Positions 1 through 8,189 of a DNA stretch of 64,000 nt are shown here, piece by piece; position 1 is the stretch's first letter, and every line of letters starts with the position of its first letter. The notes beneath the pieces were generated by a model. The model was given only the letters and a program-made list of their open reading frames with translations. It made no database searches and was not told where the DNA came from. The stretch is from Candidatus Microgenomates bacterium (GTDB taxonomy: Bacteria > Patescibacteriota > Microgenomatia > UBA8517), in contig JADHUT010000003.1 of the NCBI GenBank assembly GCA_016784385.1, forward strand, positions 2,923 through 66,922. The letters are read 5' to 3'. A program made the translations under genes and the position numbers.

Positions 1-385
1 TTAAATCAAATTTCTTTTTTAAATTAAAACTGATCACATCTTTGTTTACGACATTTCTACCTTTTTCATGCAAGTCTAAGATTGGATAGTTAGTACGTAT
101 ATAGTGCGACATTACATTGCCCACTTCTAAAATATCTTTATCTTTATATTTATCTAATATGTCTAGTGCAAGGGGTATTTCAACTACTCTTTCACCTGCT
201 ACGGTCCGATTGTACAGGTGATAAAAATATTTGTATTCTTTTTTATTAAAAGTGAATTTTTTGTGACCACGAAACAATTTGAAATACAAAAAACCCAATA
301 AATCTATAAGTGGTCGAAATATTCCCCCACCTCTAGAGAGTCTTAGTATTACCCAGTAAATCTTGTGTTTAAGTTTATTGTTCAT
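1..385 (-). CDS. Hypothetical protein whose 3' end runs off the window. It is not in the supplied ORF track because no stop codon lies inside the window.
   Basis: Manual reverse-complement translation from the ATG at 385..383 is open all the way to position 1. It reads MNNKLKHKIYWVILRLSRGGGIFRPLIDLLGFLYFKLFRGHKKF...ILEVGNVMSHYIRTNYPILDLHEKGRNVVNKDVISFNLKKKFDL. The start overlaps the 3' end of the fcl-like gene by 11 nt, like other gene junctions here. No family could be assigned. Confidence 0.35.
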   Translation of the reverse strand, partial: MNNKLKHKIYWVILRLSRGGGIFRPLIDLLGFLYFKLFRGHKKFTFNKKEYKYFYHLYNRTVAGERVVEIPLALDILDKYKDKDILEVGNVMSHYIRTNYPILDLHEKGRNVVNKDVISFNLKKKFDL

Positions 386-1304
386 TGAACCATTTTATAG
401 TTTCCGACAACCCTTCTTCAAACCCAACTTTCGATTTAAAACCAAATTCCTTGTAAGCTTTACTTGTATCCAACATCCTTCTCGGTTGCCCATTAGGTTT
501 TGTTTTGTCCCAAACAATTTCCCCCCCCAAACCAACTTTACTGCTAATTAATTTAACTAAATTCTTTATTGATATTTCTTTTCCGGATCCAATGTTTACA
601 GGATCTGACTTAGAATATTTCTTCGTTGCCAAAAAAATTGCTCTTGCCGCATCTTTAACATACAAAAATTCACGGGTCGCACTACCATCACCCCAAACAT
701 CCACTTTTTTTTGCCCTGAGTTATGTGCCTCAACAATTTTTTTTATTAGTGCTGGAATTACATGAGACCTTCCCTCATTAAAACTGTCTCCTGGGCCATA
801 TAAATTTACCGGAAGTAAATATATTGAATTAAACCCATACTGCTTCCTGTATGATTGGGATTGTACTAAAAGCATTTTTTTTGCCAATCCATAAGGAGCA
901 TTTGTACTTTCAGGATAACCTTTCCACAAGTCAGCTTCCTTAAATGGAATAGGTGTGTCTTTAGGGTAAGCACATACAGTTCCTAATGCCACAAATTTCT
1001 CAACTTTTGCTTTTCTAGCTTCTTCCATTAATTGAACGCCCATAATAAGGTTGTCGTAGAATAATTCTCCGGGTTTTTTGATATTTAAACCAATTCCTCC
1101 AACCATTGCAGCCAAATGTATCACTACATCCATACTACGAACAGCTCTTTTACAATCTTGGGCTTTTCTATAATCAAATTTGGATTTTTTGTATAAAAAT
1201 AAATTTTGCTTTGGAATTCCGTTTTTTATAAATTCCTCGACCACATATCTTCCCAAAAAACCATCACTCCCTGTTATTAATATCTTTTTATTTTTCAAGT
1301 TCAT
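375..1304 (-). CDS. fcl: GDP-L-fucose synthase (GDP-4-keto-6-deoxymannose 3,5-epimerase/4-reductase), an SDR-fold enzyme.
   Basis: N-terminal Rossmann motif [14 protein letters not shown]. Strong block similarity to E. coli Fcl: [30 protein letters not shown] versus [49 protein letters not shown], and [21 protein letters not shown]. Confidence 0.85.
   Translation of the reverse strand: [309 protein letters not shown]
521..528 (-). repeat. G8/C8 homopolymer inside the fcl coding sequence.
   Basis: ccccccccaa at 521-530 on the plus strand. On the coding strand GGT TTG GGG GGG GAA encodes ...GLGGE.... This is highly unusual in a genome of roughly 30% GC. Confidence 0.6.
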
Positions 1305-2275
1305 TCTAATGACTCCTTAACCAATATATCCTCAAAAGATTTTCTAGACCACTTGTCTTTTGTTTCTTTTTTACTAATAAAAATTTTTGCGTTATTTATA
1401 TATTGCTCGTGTTCATCTTTGCCCATGCTATTTAGGAATTCTATCAGGTTTTTGTGATTTTTAAATTTTGAAAAATCGACAAAAGTATTTAGAGGAATAT
1501 ATTTACCTATATTTGAGGGGCCCAAGTACACAGGGACACACCTGGCCACGAAACAATCAAATATTTTTTCTGTAATATATCCAGGGCTTGAAGAATTCTC
1601 AAAACATATGCAAAACTTGTATTTAGATAGTTTTTTGATTTTATCTCCTCTGTATTTACCTTTATAAGATTTTGAACTAATATCCCATCCTTTGCCGTAT
1701 AGGTCAAAATCGTCCTCAATATACTGAGACAATAAGTGGGCAATTTTATACCTTTGATCTTTTTGCCACAAAACAAACAGTTTATATAAAAATATAGATT
1801 TTTTGTTGCTGTTTATCATTACCAACAACTTTTTTTTAGAAAACGGTTTTTGTTTTACCACTTTTTTATCAATATCTTGTGGAAAGAAAAATTTCTTGTA
1901 TTTAGGATCTCTTTTGAAAAAGAATTTGTCATTCCAAGTGTAAATTTTTTTGAAAAATAAATGAAATAGTTTTATGTTATTTATAGGATTTGCAATAGGT
2001 GATTCGAAAGTAAATAAAATATTTTTCTTACGATTTTTAATCATTGTATATAGTGTTTTGAGCTCCCAGGGATAAGGTATGTCACAATAAAAGTAGTATT
2101 TAGGATTTTTAATCTTATCAATTGTATTAATTTCAATACCCTTTTCTTGCAATTTTCGCCTTAACCCATAGAAGGGGTTGTGTGAAACTTTGTGGTCAAA
2201 TATTTTATTCTCTAAAAACATTTTCCCATAATATGGCTTTATTGCTATCTCTATCTTTTTATTTATTCTTCTCAT
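1301..2275 (-). CDS. Alpha-1,3-fucosyltransferase, glycosyltransferase family 10.
   Basis: Carries the hallmark GT10 C-terminal motif FCICFENSSSPGYITEKIFDCFVARCVPVYLG (compare the FucT FxLxFENS...GYxTEK motif). Overlaps fcl by 4 nt and the upstream GT2 by 4 nt, so the three are probably translationally coupled. Confidence 0.7.
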   Translation of the reverse strand: MRRINKKIEIAIKPYYGKMFLENKIFDHKVSHNPFYGLRRKLQEKGIEINTIDKIKNPKYYFYCDIPYPWELKTLYTMIKNRKKNILFTFESPIANPINNIKLFHLFFKKIYTWNDKFFFKRDPKYKKFFFPQDIDKKVVKQKPFSKKKLLVMINSNKKSIFLYKLFVLWQKDQRYKIAHLLSQYIEDDFDLYGKGWDISSKSYKGKYRGDKIKKLSKYKFCICFENSSSPGYITEKIFDCFVARCVPVYLGPSNIGKYIPLNTFVDFSKFKNHKNLIEFLNSMGKDEHEQYINNAKIFISKKETKDKWSRKSFEDILVKESLE

Positions 2276-3096
2276 ATTATTCCCCTACTTCTAAAAAAAT
2301 CAAATATCGCAATTCTTGATTTTGCTGGCATCCAAAGTGTCACAAACTGGGCCAGGTTATAGACTACATCATATACTCTTGGGGTGTAACCATGTTTTTT
2401 TATTGCATTAAGCTTTATACTAAAGCCTAATTTTTCTAAATATTTTAAATCATATTTACTCAACGAATCAGGTAGTACTCTGTAACCAAGAAGATATTTA
2501 TCTATACTAGCAAAATTGTACTTACTGCCCAGTTTAAACCAAAGGTCTATATCTTCGCACGGAACTTTTTCTTCATCATAACCACCAAATTCTAAAACTG
2601 CACTCTTTTTAAACATAACAACAGGGTGGGCGAAGGGGCTATATTTAAACATGACTCTTTTCAAATCAGCAGATTTAGTTGGGTAATCTCGCTTTGAAAT
2701 TTTTTGATCATTCTCGTCAATAATTTCCATATTAGCGCCAACAATAGCCAACTTTTTTCTTTTAGAAAGTAGTTTATATTGAATTTTTAATCTTTCTGGC
2801 GAGGAAATGTCATCGGCATCCATTCTTGCTATAAAATCTGCTTTCGACAATTTGATACCTCTATTTAATGTTCCAGCAATATTAAGGTTTTTTTTATTTC
2901 TATACACTCTTATTCTGGAATCTTTTTTTGCATAGCTCCAGGCAATTTGTCCTGTTTTGTCATTGGAGCAATCATCTATTATTATTAATTCAAATTCGGA
3001 AAAGGTCTGTTGCAACATACTCTCAATCGCTTGCGCAATAAAGCTTTCAGCATTATGAGCAGGCATTACCACTGATATTAAAATCTTATTGGCCAT
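2272..3096 (-). CDS. Glycosyltransferase family 2.
   Basis: ISVVMPAHNAESFIAQAIESMLQQT...ELIIIDDCSNDKT, plus a DxD motif in RMDADDISSPERL. Confidence 0.8.
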   Translation of the reverse strand: MANKILISVVMPAHNAESFIAQAIESMLQQTFSEFELIIIDDCSNDKTGQIAWSYAKKDSRIRVYRNKKNLNIAGTLNRGIKLSKADFIARMDADDISSPERLKIQYKLLSKRKKLAIVGANMEIIDENDQKISKRDYPTKSADLKRVMFKYSPFAHPVVMFKKSAVLEFGGYDEEKVPCEDIDLWFKLGSKYNFASIDKYLLGYRVLPDSLSKYDLKYLEKLGFSIKLNAIKKHGYTPRVYDVVYNLAQFVTLWMPAKSRIAIFDFFRSRGII

Positions 3097-3923
3097 TGGT
3101 GTTGAAAGTGTAACTTATTAAAAAATATATATTTATACTTAAAAAAGAAAAAAAACAAAAGATGCTTTATTTTTGAAGTAAATATCATATTACTGTTGAA
3201 CATAATAAATCTAATATAAAAAACTAAATAATCAATGTTTTTCAAAAAAATTGGAAAACTAACGTCTTTTGAAATTTTGTCCAAAACTTTTCTTTTAAAA
3301 AAAGTGATCTCAGGTAAACAACTTATATCTTTAGCAATTTCTTCAATTCTGGAAAAAACAACTCCGTCAATTACCATATAGTGGTACAGCTTCAAATAAT
3401 TAGGACCATACAAGCAATTCAGCATAAAGTAAAAAGCATCCAACTCTTGATTTGTTACAGTAATTTTCTCGTTACCCTTGCCTATCTTCTGAACATATTT
3501 TAAAGTTTGTTGGTAGTTTAATATTTTCCTACCAGCCACTAAAATATCAGCTCTGGGTTCAATTTTGTTGTAGCCCTTTTTTGTACAAATATATTTGTAC
3601 TTACTCTCCTTAATATACAAAAAGCCCAACTTTTCTAGCTTCATAACGAATTTGACCACATCTTTCCTTTTTAAAACAAGATCAATGTCATTATCAACAA
3701 TTTCAGGAACATGTTTGAAGGTCTTAAAAAGAATAGGTAAAACTCCAATTTCTTTTGAAACCATTAATATAAGCGTTTTAGTTTTTGAGTATTTACTGTT
3801 TAGAGAATTACCAACAGAAACCACACTTTTAGAAAACTTATCATTTGTTCTATCAATATTTTTGGCATAAAAATAGGCCATGTTATTTTTCAACAAATAT
3901 TTGTAAAGTTTTTTTCTATTCAT
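3078..3923 (-). CDS. Hypothetical protein with a possible nucleotidyltransferase-fold signature and a low-complexity F/K-rich C-terminal tail.
   Basis: GVLPILFKTFKHVPEIVDNDIDLVLKRKD resembles the pol-beta-type NTase hG[GS]...D.D motif. The last ~55 codons cross the extremely AT-rich stretch 3100-3260, which looks like a spacer or promoter, without hitting a stop. Overlaps the tandem-Tmk gene by 8 nt and the downstream GT2 by 19 nt. Confidence 0.35.
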   Translation of the reverse strand: MNRKKLYKYLLKNNMAYFYAKNIDRTNDKFSKSVVSVGNSLNSKYSKTKTLILMVSKEIGVLPILFKTFKHVPEIVDNDIDLVLKRKDVVKFVMKLEKLGFLYIKESKYKYICTKKGYNKIEPRADILVAGRKILNYQQTLKYVQKIGKGNEKITVTNQELDAFYFMLNCLYGPNYLKLYHYMVIDGVVFSRIEEIAKDISCLPEITFFKRKVLDKISKDVSFPIFLKNIDYLVFYIRFIMFNSNMIFTSKIKHLLFFFFFKYKYIFFNKLHFQHQWPIRF

Positions 3924-5127
3924 ATATTTTTTTTACCAACGACTCCGTCAAATCTTTTTCATTTTTTCCATTAGCATCAAGTAAAAGTAAATTGTATTTC
4001 TTCGCCAAATGTTTATATTTTTTGTCGCAAAATTCAAAAAAGTCTATCGTATTTTCCGGCTTTCGCTTTTCTGCAACTTTAGGACTAATAGAAACTACAA
4101 CACCAATATCTGGACTCGATATCAAGTTACCAAAGATACTTGACCCGGAAATATTTAAGTACTTAAAGCTAACCAAGTAATCATATAGGTATCTATCCAG
4201 CAAAAGTATTCTATTTCCTCTAAACAACAATGAAACCAAGTATTGAATATATGAATCTGTAAAGTGAGCTAGTGCCCAAATAAAATTCTTTCCTTTTTTC
4301 TTGACCTTTTTAGTATTTTCCCTTGTTTTTTTATAATAGTTATCATCCAGAACAGGAGGTTTTATAATTTTTACTTTTTTCAAAAACTTAAAAATTACAT
4401 TGTCGTGGTAAAAATGAACAACTTTAGTTTTTATGTTCATTTTTTCGAGTAAATCAGAAAAATTTTTCACCAGTGTTGTCTTACCGGTACCATCTACTCC
4501 AGAAAACGAAATTGTTTTTACTTTATTTAATTTGAGAGCCAGCCTTATATAGAAAACAGATTGGGATAACCCAGCAACATAGATGTAACCCTTTTTGGTT
4601 AATTTTTTGTACTCATCAACTACACCTTTCAAAAATTTCTGGGGAGAGCTTGTCCAACCCTCTGATTTATAGTTTTTATTTCTTCTTATTATGTCTTTTT
4701 CATTTGCATCAACAAAAAATGAAAGTGTTGGCTTGGGGAAGTTTATATACAAAAAGTTAATAAATTTACTGTCAAGTTCTAAGTTTTTTCTAATTGTAAC
4801 TAAATAGTCAACCACATATCTATCTCTGATAATGATTTTATTTTTGAATATCTTTTGATAAAAAATATATTCAATCAAAAATTCTATGTATATAAATAAT
4901 GAATAAAAAAATGCGTAATAATTATTTGTACTTTTTCTGACCTTTTTATCCTCTACATATTGCGAAACATGTTTTTTTCCTAAAAGGAGCTTTGCTGCTT
5001 TTAGAAACAAAAAAGAATCTTCCTTTTTTACGCTAAGTTTTTTATTCTTTAGGACAGAATGTTTTAGTGACTTTCTTATCAAAGTAGTCTTACCAGAACC
5101 TGAACATCCTGAAAATGCAATTATCAT
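3916..5127 (-). CDS. Tandem-duplicated thymidylate-kinase-like P-loop kinase (two Tmk-like domains in one polypeptide).
   Basis: Two Walker-A motifs: IIAFSGCSGSGKTTLIRK in the N-terminal half and ISFSGVDGTGKTTLVKNF in the C-terminal half. Each is followed about 90 residues later by a Tmk-type DRY motif: IIIRDRYVVDYLVTI and LLLDRYLYDYLVSF. Confidence 0.6.
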   Translation of the reverse strand: MIIAFSGCSGSGKTTLIRKSLKHSVLKNKKLSVKKEDSFLFLKAAKLLLGKKHVSQYVEDKKVRKSTNNYYAFFYSLFIYIEFLIEYIFYQKIFKNKIIIRDRYVVDYLVTIRKNLELDSKFINFLYINFPKPTLSFFVDANEKDIIRRNKNYKSEGWTSSPQKFLKGVVDEYKKLTKKGYIYVAGLSQSVFYIRLALKLNKVKTISFSGVDGTGKTTLVKNFSDLLEKMNIKTKVVHFYHDNVIFKFLKKVKIIKPPVLDDNYYKKTRENTKKVKKKGKNFIWALAHFTDSYIQYLVSLLFRGNRILLLDRYLYDYLVSFKYLNISGSSIFGNLISSPDIGVVVSISPKVAEKRKPENTIDFFEFCDKKYKHLAKKYNLLLLDANGKNEKDLTESLVKKIYE

Positions 5128-5133
5128 AATAAT

Positions 5134-6267
5134 TTATTTCACTAATTTATTCATTTCGTTTTCAAACATTTTTGTAAAATCAAATTTTTCAGCCAATCTA
5201 ACAGCATTTTCTCTAGTTTCCTTATACATTTTCTTATTTGACATCAATTTTTTCAAACCATCATATAAACCTTCTTCATCCTCGTCCTTTACCACAAAAC
5301 CTGCTTTATATTTTTCTATATCTTTGGCAGTAGACACTATGTCATTCATAACAACTGGCAGCCCACATGCTAAATACTCCCTAACCTTCATTGAGTCACC
5401 AAATTCTGTCCAGGAATTAGTATTTGTGTAAAAAGCTAGCCCTATTGCACTTTTAGACAATATTTTTAAAACTTCACCATGTGGTTTTTTACCTAGAAAT
5501 ATTACGCTTTTTGATAATCCTAGTTTTTTAACCATTTTTTTAAGCGAGTTTTTATATCCACCTTCTCCGATAATGAGAAGTCTAGATTTTTTGAAATTCT
5601 TGTTAAGTTTTTTAAAGGTGTTAAAAATTAATTCATAATTTAGAGAGCTGGTTAAATTACTTACAATAACCAGGTCATGAATATTAATTTCTGAAACAGG
5701 AAATCTTTTTACTTTTTTAAACTCAGGTGTGTTGGGCAACAAAATATTTCTAACTTTTTCTACACCTTGCTTGTTTCGTAAATCTGTAATTTTTGACGAT
5801 ACATTCCATACATAATCAGAGTTCTTGATACAAAATCTATCAAACCAATGATACACCCAGTTTAATGCTTTATTATCAAAGCGTTTGTGAGCATAATCTG
5901 CAGTATAAAATACTGAATTTTTCACTAAACCAATTTTTTTGGATAAAACAGAGAAAAAACCATTAAATGGATCAATTCCTATGAAAACACTCGGCTTTTT
6001 ATCAATTTTAGAAAAAACAATGAAATTGATTGCATAATCCTGAATTCTATGTAGTAAAAATGGAATTTTTTTAAAACCGTAGTTTTTGTGTTTAACCACA
6101 CCACTAATATACTTCTCAACTATACTGTTATCTCCAAAATATAAAGGGTGTTTTATAAACACATACGAAATATTATTATCTTGTAAGTAAGTTTCAATCT
6201 CAGATCCAGTCCCATGAACTGGACTGCCATCTTTGTTAAAAACTGCATGACTTGCTATTACTATCAT
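5134..6267 (-). CDS. Glycosyltransferase family 4.
   Basis: C-terminal GT4 E-x7-E-like region REYLACGLPVVMNDIVSTAKDI, with a GT-B two-domain length of 377 aa. Confidence 0.75.
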   Translation of the reverse strand: MIVIASHAVFNKDGSPVHGTGSEIETYLQDNNISYVFIKHPLYFGDNSIVEKYISGVVKHKNYGFKKIPFLLHRIQDYAINFIVFSKIDKKPSVFIGIDPFNGFFSVLSKKIGLVKNSVFYTADYAHKRFDNKALNWVYHWFDRFCIKNSDYVWNVSSKITDLRNKQGVEKVRNILLPNTPEFKKVKRFPVSEINIHDLVIVSNLTSSLNYELIFNTFKKLNKNFKKSRLLIIGEGGYKNSLKKMVKKLGLSKSVIFLGKKPHGEVLKILSKSAIGLAFYTNTNSWTEFGDSMKVREYLACGLPVVMNDIVSTAKDIEKYKAGFVVKDEDEEGLYDGLKKLMSNKKMYKETRENAVRLAEKFDFTKMFENEMNKLVK

Positions 6268-6279
6268 TATTGTTATTTT

Positions 6280-7080
6280 CTACAAATTTTTTTCATACCA
6301 AGAAACTGTTTTTTTTAATCCTTCCTCAAACGTTGTTCGTGCTTCCCAATTAAGTAAGTTTTCAGACTGATAACTATCATGTTTTATGTTTTTTACTTTA
6401 TCCAAGTCTTCATCTTTATAAACGACATCAAATTCTCTGTCCATTATTTTTTTGAAAGTATCAACCACCTCCAATATCGACAATTCCGTGCCATACAACA
6501 AATCTAAATCTATGTTTTCTGAAACATCTAAGGCTTTATAAATTGCTGTGACTAAGTCATCTACAAACAAGAGGTCTCTCTTTACACTCCCATCGCCAAA
6601 AATATTAACTATACCCTTATCTTTTATGGACACATAAAACTGATAAACTAAACCCTTCTTGTTTTTGGGACCATATACATTAAATGGCCTTAGTATTATT
6701 GTCTTTTTAGCATGCTTTTCTCCCCAATTTTTCACCAGTTTTTCAGCCTGTAGTTTTGTTTGAGCGTAAATATCTGTTGGACTATCGTTATTGGCATGCA
6801 CAGCAAAGGTTGATAGAAATATAATCTTTTTAATATCACAACTAAGGGAACGATTCAATAAATCCTTTGTAAATTCTACATTTGAAGCAAATAATAGTTT
6901 TTCGGGAGGCAAAACTCTACCCGCCAAATGAACCAACACATACACATCTTTTAGAAATTTATCCAAGTCACCGCCTTCAATGAATACCTTGTGTGAAATC
7001 TTGTTTTTTTTAAGCCTACTTATGAAGTGGGAACCAATGAATCCGTCTGCACCCGTAACACCTATTTGCAATTCGCCCAT
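6280..7080 (-). CDS. NAD-dependent sugar epimerase/dehydratase-family protein (short SDR-fold).
   Basis: IGVTGADGFIGSHFISRL Rossmann motif and a YAQTK catalytic YxxxK motif. Confidence 0.7.
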   Translation of the reverse strand: MGELQIGVTGADGFIGSHFISRLKKNKISHKVFIEGGDLDKFLKDVYVLVHLAGRVLPPEKLLFASNVEFTKDLLNRSLSCDIKKIIFLSTFAVHANNDSPTDIYAQTKLQAEKLVKNWGEKHAKKTIILRPFNVYGPKNKKGLVYQFYVSIKDKGIVNIFGDGSVKRDLLFVDDLVTAIYKALDVSENIDLDLLYGTELSILEVVDTFKKIMDREFDVVYKDEDLDKVKNIKHDSYQSENLLNWEARTTFEEGLKKTVSWYEKNL

Positions 7081-7087
7081 ATATTTT

Positions 7088-8092
7088 TTATATCCATTTC
7101 TCTTTTTTAAGTATTTTTTCTAAATCGATTTTAGACAATCTATCTGTATTGTCGGAAGAATAACTATTCTTTGCACTCTTTCTATCAAAGCTCTTATATT
7201 TTTCCACTACTTTCTCAATTTCAATTTGAGGCAAAACTACAAAATAATTATCTTTTTGGACAGTTCTTGAGGATTCATAAGCACCTATTAGGGTTTCATG
7301 TAATTTTTCACCTGGTCTTATACCGATATTTTCGACATTTACTTTATCTTTTGAAAGATTATTACCCATTACATCCACAAGGTCAGAAATTGTGTGTGCG
7401 GGTGCTTTTCTGACAAAAACTTCACCACCTACCCCATCTTCAAGTGCTCTTAAAACCAAATCTACACTTTCAGACAAAGTCATTATGAATCTTGTCATGT
7501 TTGGATCAGTCACAGTTAATGGTTTTCCCTTTTCTATCAAAGACTTAAAAAGAGGAACAACTGAACCACGGGAACCCAACACATTTCCGTACCTAGTGGA
7601 AACAAAAACTGTTCTAGTTTTATCGTCATATAAATTAGCCGTAGTAATTAGTCTTTCTTGAAGTGCTTTTGCCATACCATAAGCATTTACTGGTTCTACT
7701 GCCTTGTCGGTTGAGAGCGCAACAACTTTTTCAACATTTTCGTCTTTTGCAGCTTCAATAATGTTCTGGGCTCCAACAACATTAGTCTTAATTCCCTCCC
7801 AAACGTTATATTCAACCTCTGTAATCCATTTTAGTGCAGCTGCATGAATTACCACATCCACACCCCTCATAACTTGTCTAACGCTCCTGTAATCCCTTAT
7901 ATCTCCCAATACAAATCTAAGTTTTTTGTTGTTTTTGTGGGAAAGCCTCATTTCACCCTGCTTATCTTCGTCTCTACTAAATATTATTACTTCAGAAGGG
8001 CCAAGTTTTAGTATTTCATCAACAAACATTTGACCAAATGAACCAGTACCTCCAGTAACCAATATCTTTTTACCACTAATTGCTTCTGACAT
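7088..8092 (-). CDS. UDP-GlcNAc 4,6-dehydratase-like polysaccharide biosynthesis protein of the CapD/PseB/FlaA1 family.
   Basis: ILVTGGTGSFGQMFVDEIL, a YGMAK YxxxK motif, and a length of 334 aa typical of the soluble PseB-type enzymes. Confidence 0.7.
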   Translation of the reverse strand: MSEAISGKKILVTGGTGSFGQMFVDEILKLGPSEVIIFSRDEDKQGEMRLSHKNNKKLRFVLGDIRDYRSVRQVMRGVDVVIHAAALKWITEVEYNVWEGIKTNVVGAQNIIEAAKDENVEKVVALSTDKAVEPVNAYGMAKALQERLITTANLYDDKTRTVFVSTRYGNVLGSRGSVVPLFKSLIEKGKPLTVTDPNMTRFIMTLSESVDLVLRALEDGVGGEVFVRKAPAHTISDLVDVMGNNLSKDKVNVENIGIRPGEKLHETLIGAYESSRTVQKDNYFVVLPQIEIEKVVEKYKSFDRKSAKNSYSSDNTDRLSKIDLEKILKKEKWI

Positions 8093-8189
8093 AGGTTAAT
8101 TATAACAGAGTAACCAGTACTCACAAAACACAATTTGTCTATTTTACACTTACGACCTCGTGTTATAGAGCTTTAAAAGACGAGAAGAT

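Noticed and set aside
363-765. Plus-strand ORFs 363..551 and 505..765 lie inside the fcl region. Other short antisense ORFs of this kind include 7171..7413, 8629..8925, 17840..18361, 41268..41768 and 56612..57061.
   Set aside because: They lie entirely within well-supported genes on the opposite strand and have low-complexity composition. They are shadow ORFs.
3100-3260. The extremely AT-rich stretch looked like an intergenic spacer or promoter between the NTase-like gene and the GT2.
   Set aside because: The minus-strand frame of 3078..3923 stays open across it. I kept the longer CDS call and flagged the F/K-rich tail and a possible indel in the findings instead of calling a separate regulatory feature.
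8093-8189. A possible hairpin (ctcgt...acgag) between two minus-strand genes could be an intrinsic terminator.
   Set aside because: The stem is only 5 bp with a loop of about 20 nt, and no U-run follows it on the transcribed strand. It is too weak to call.
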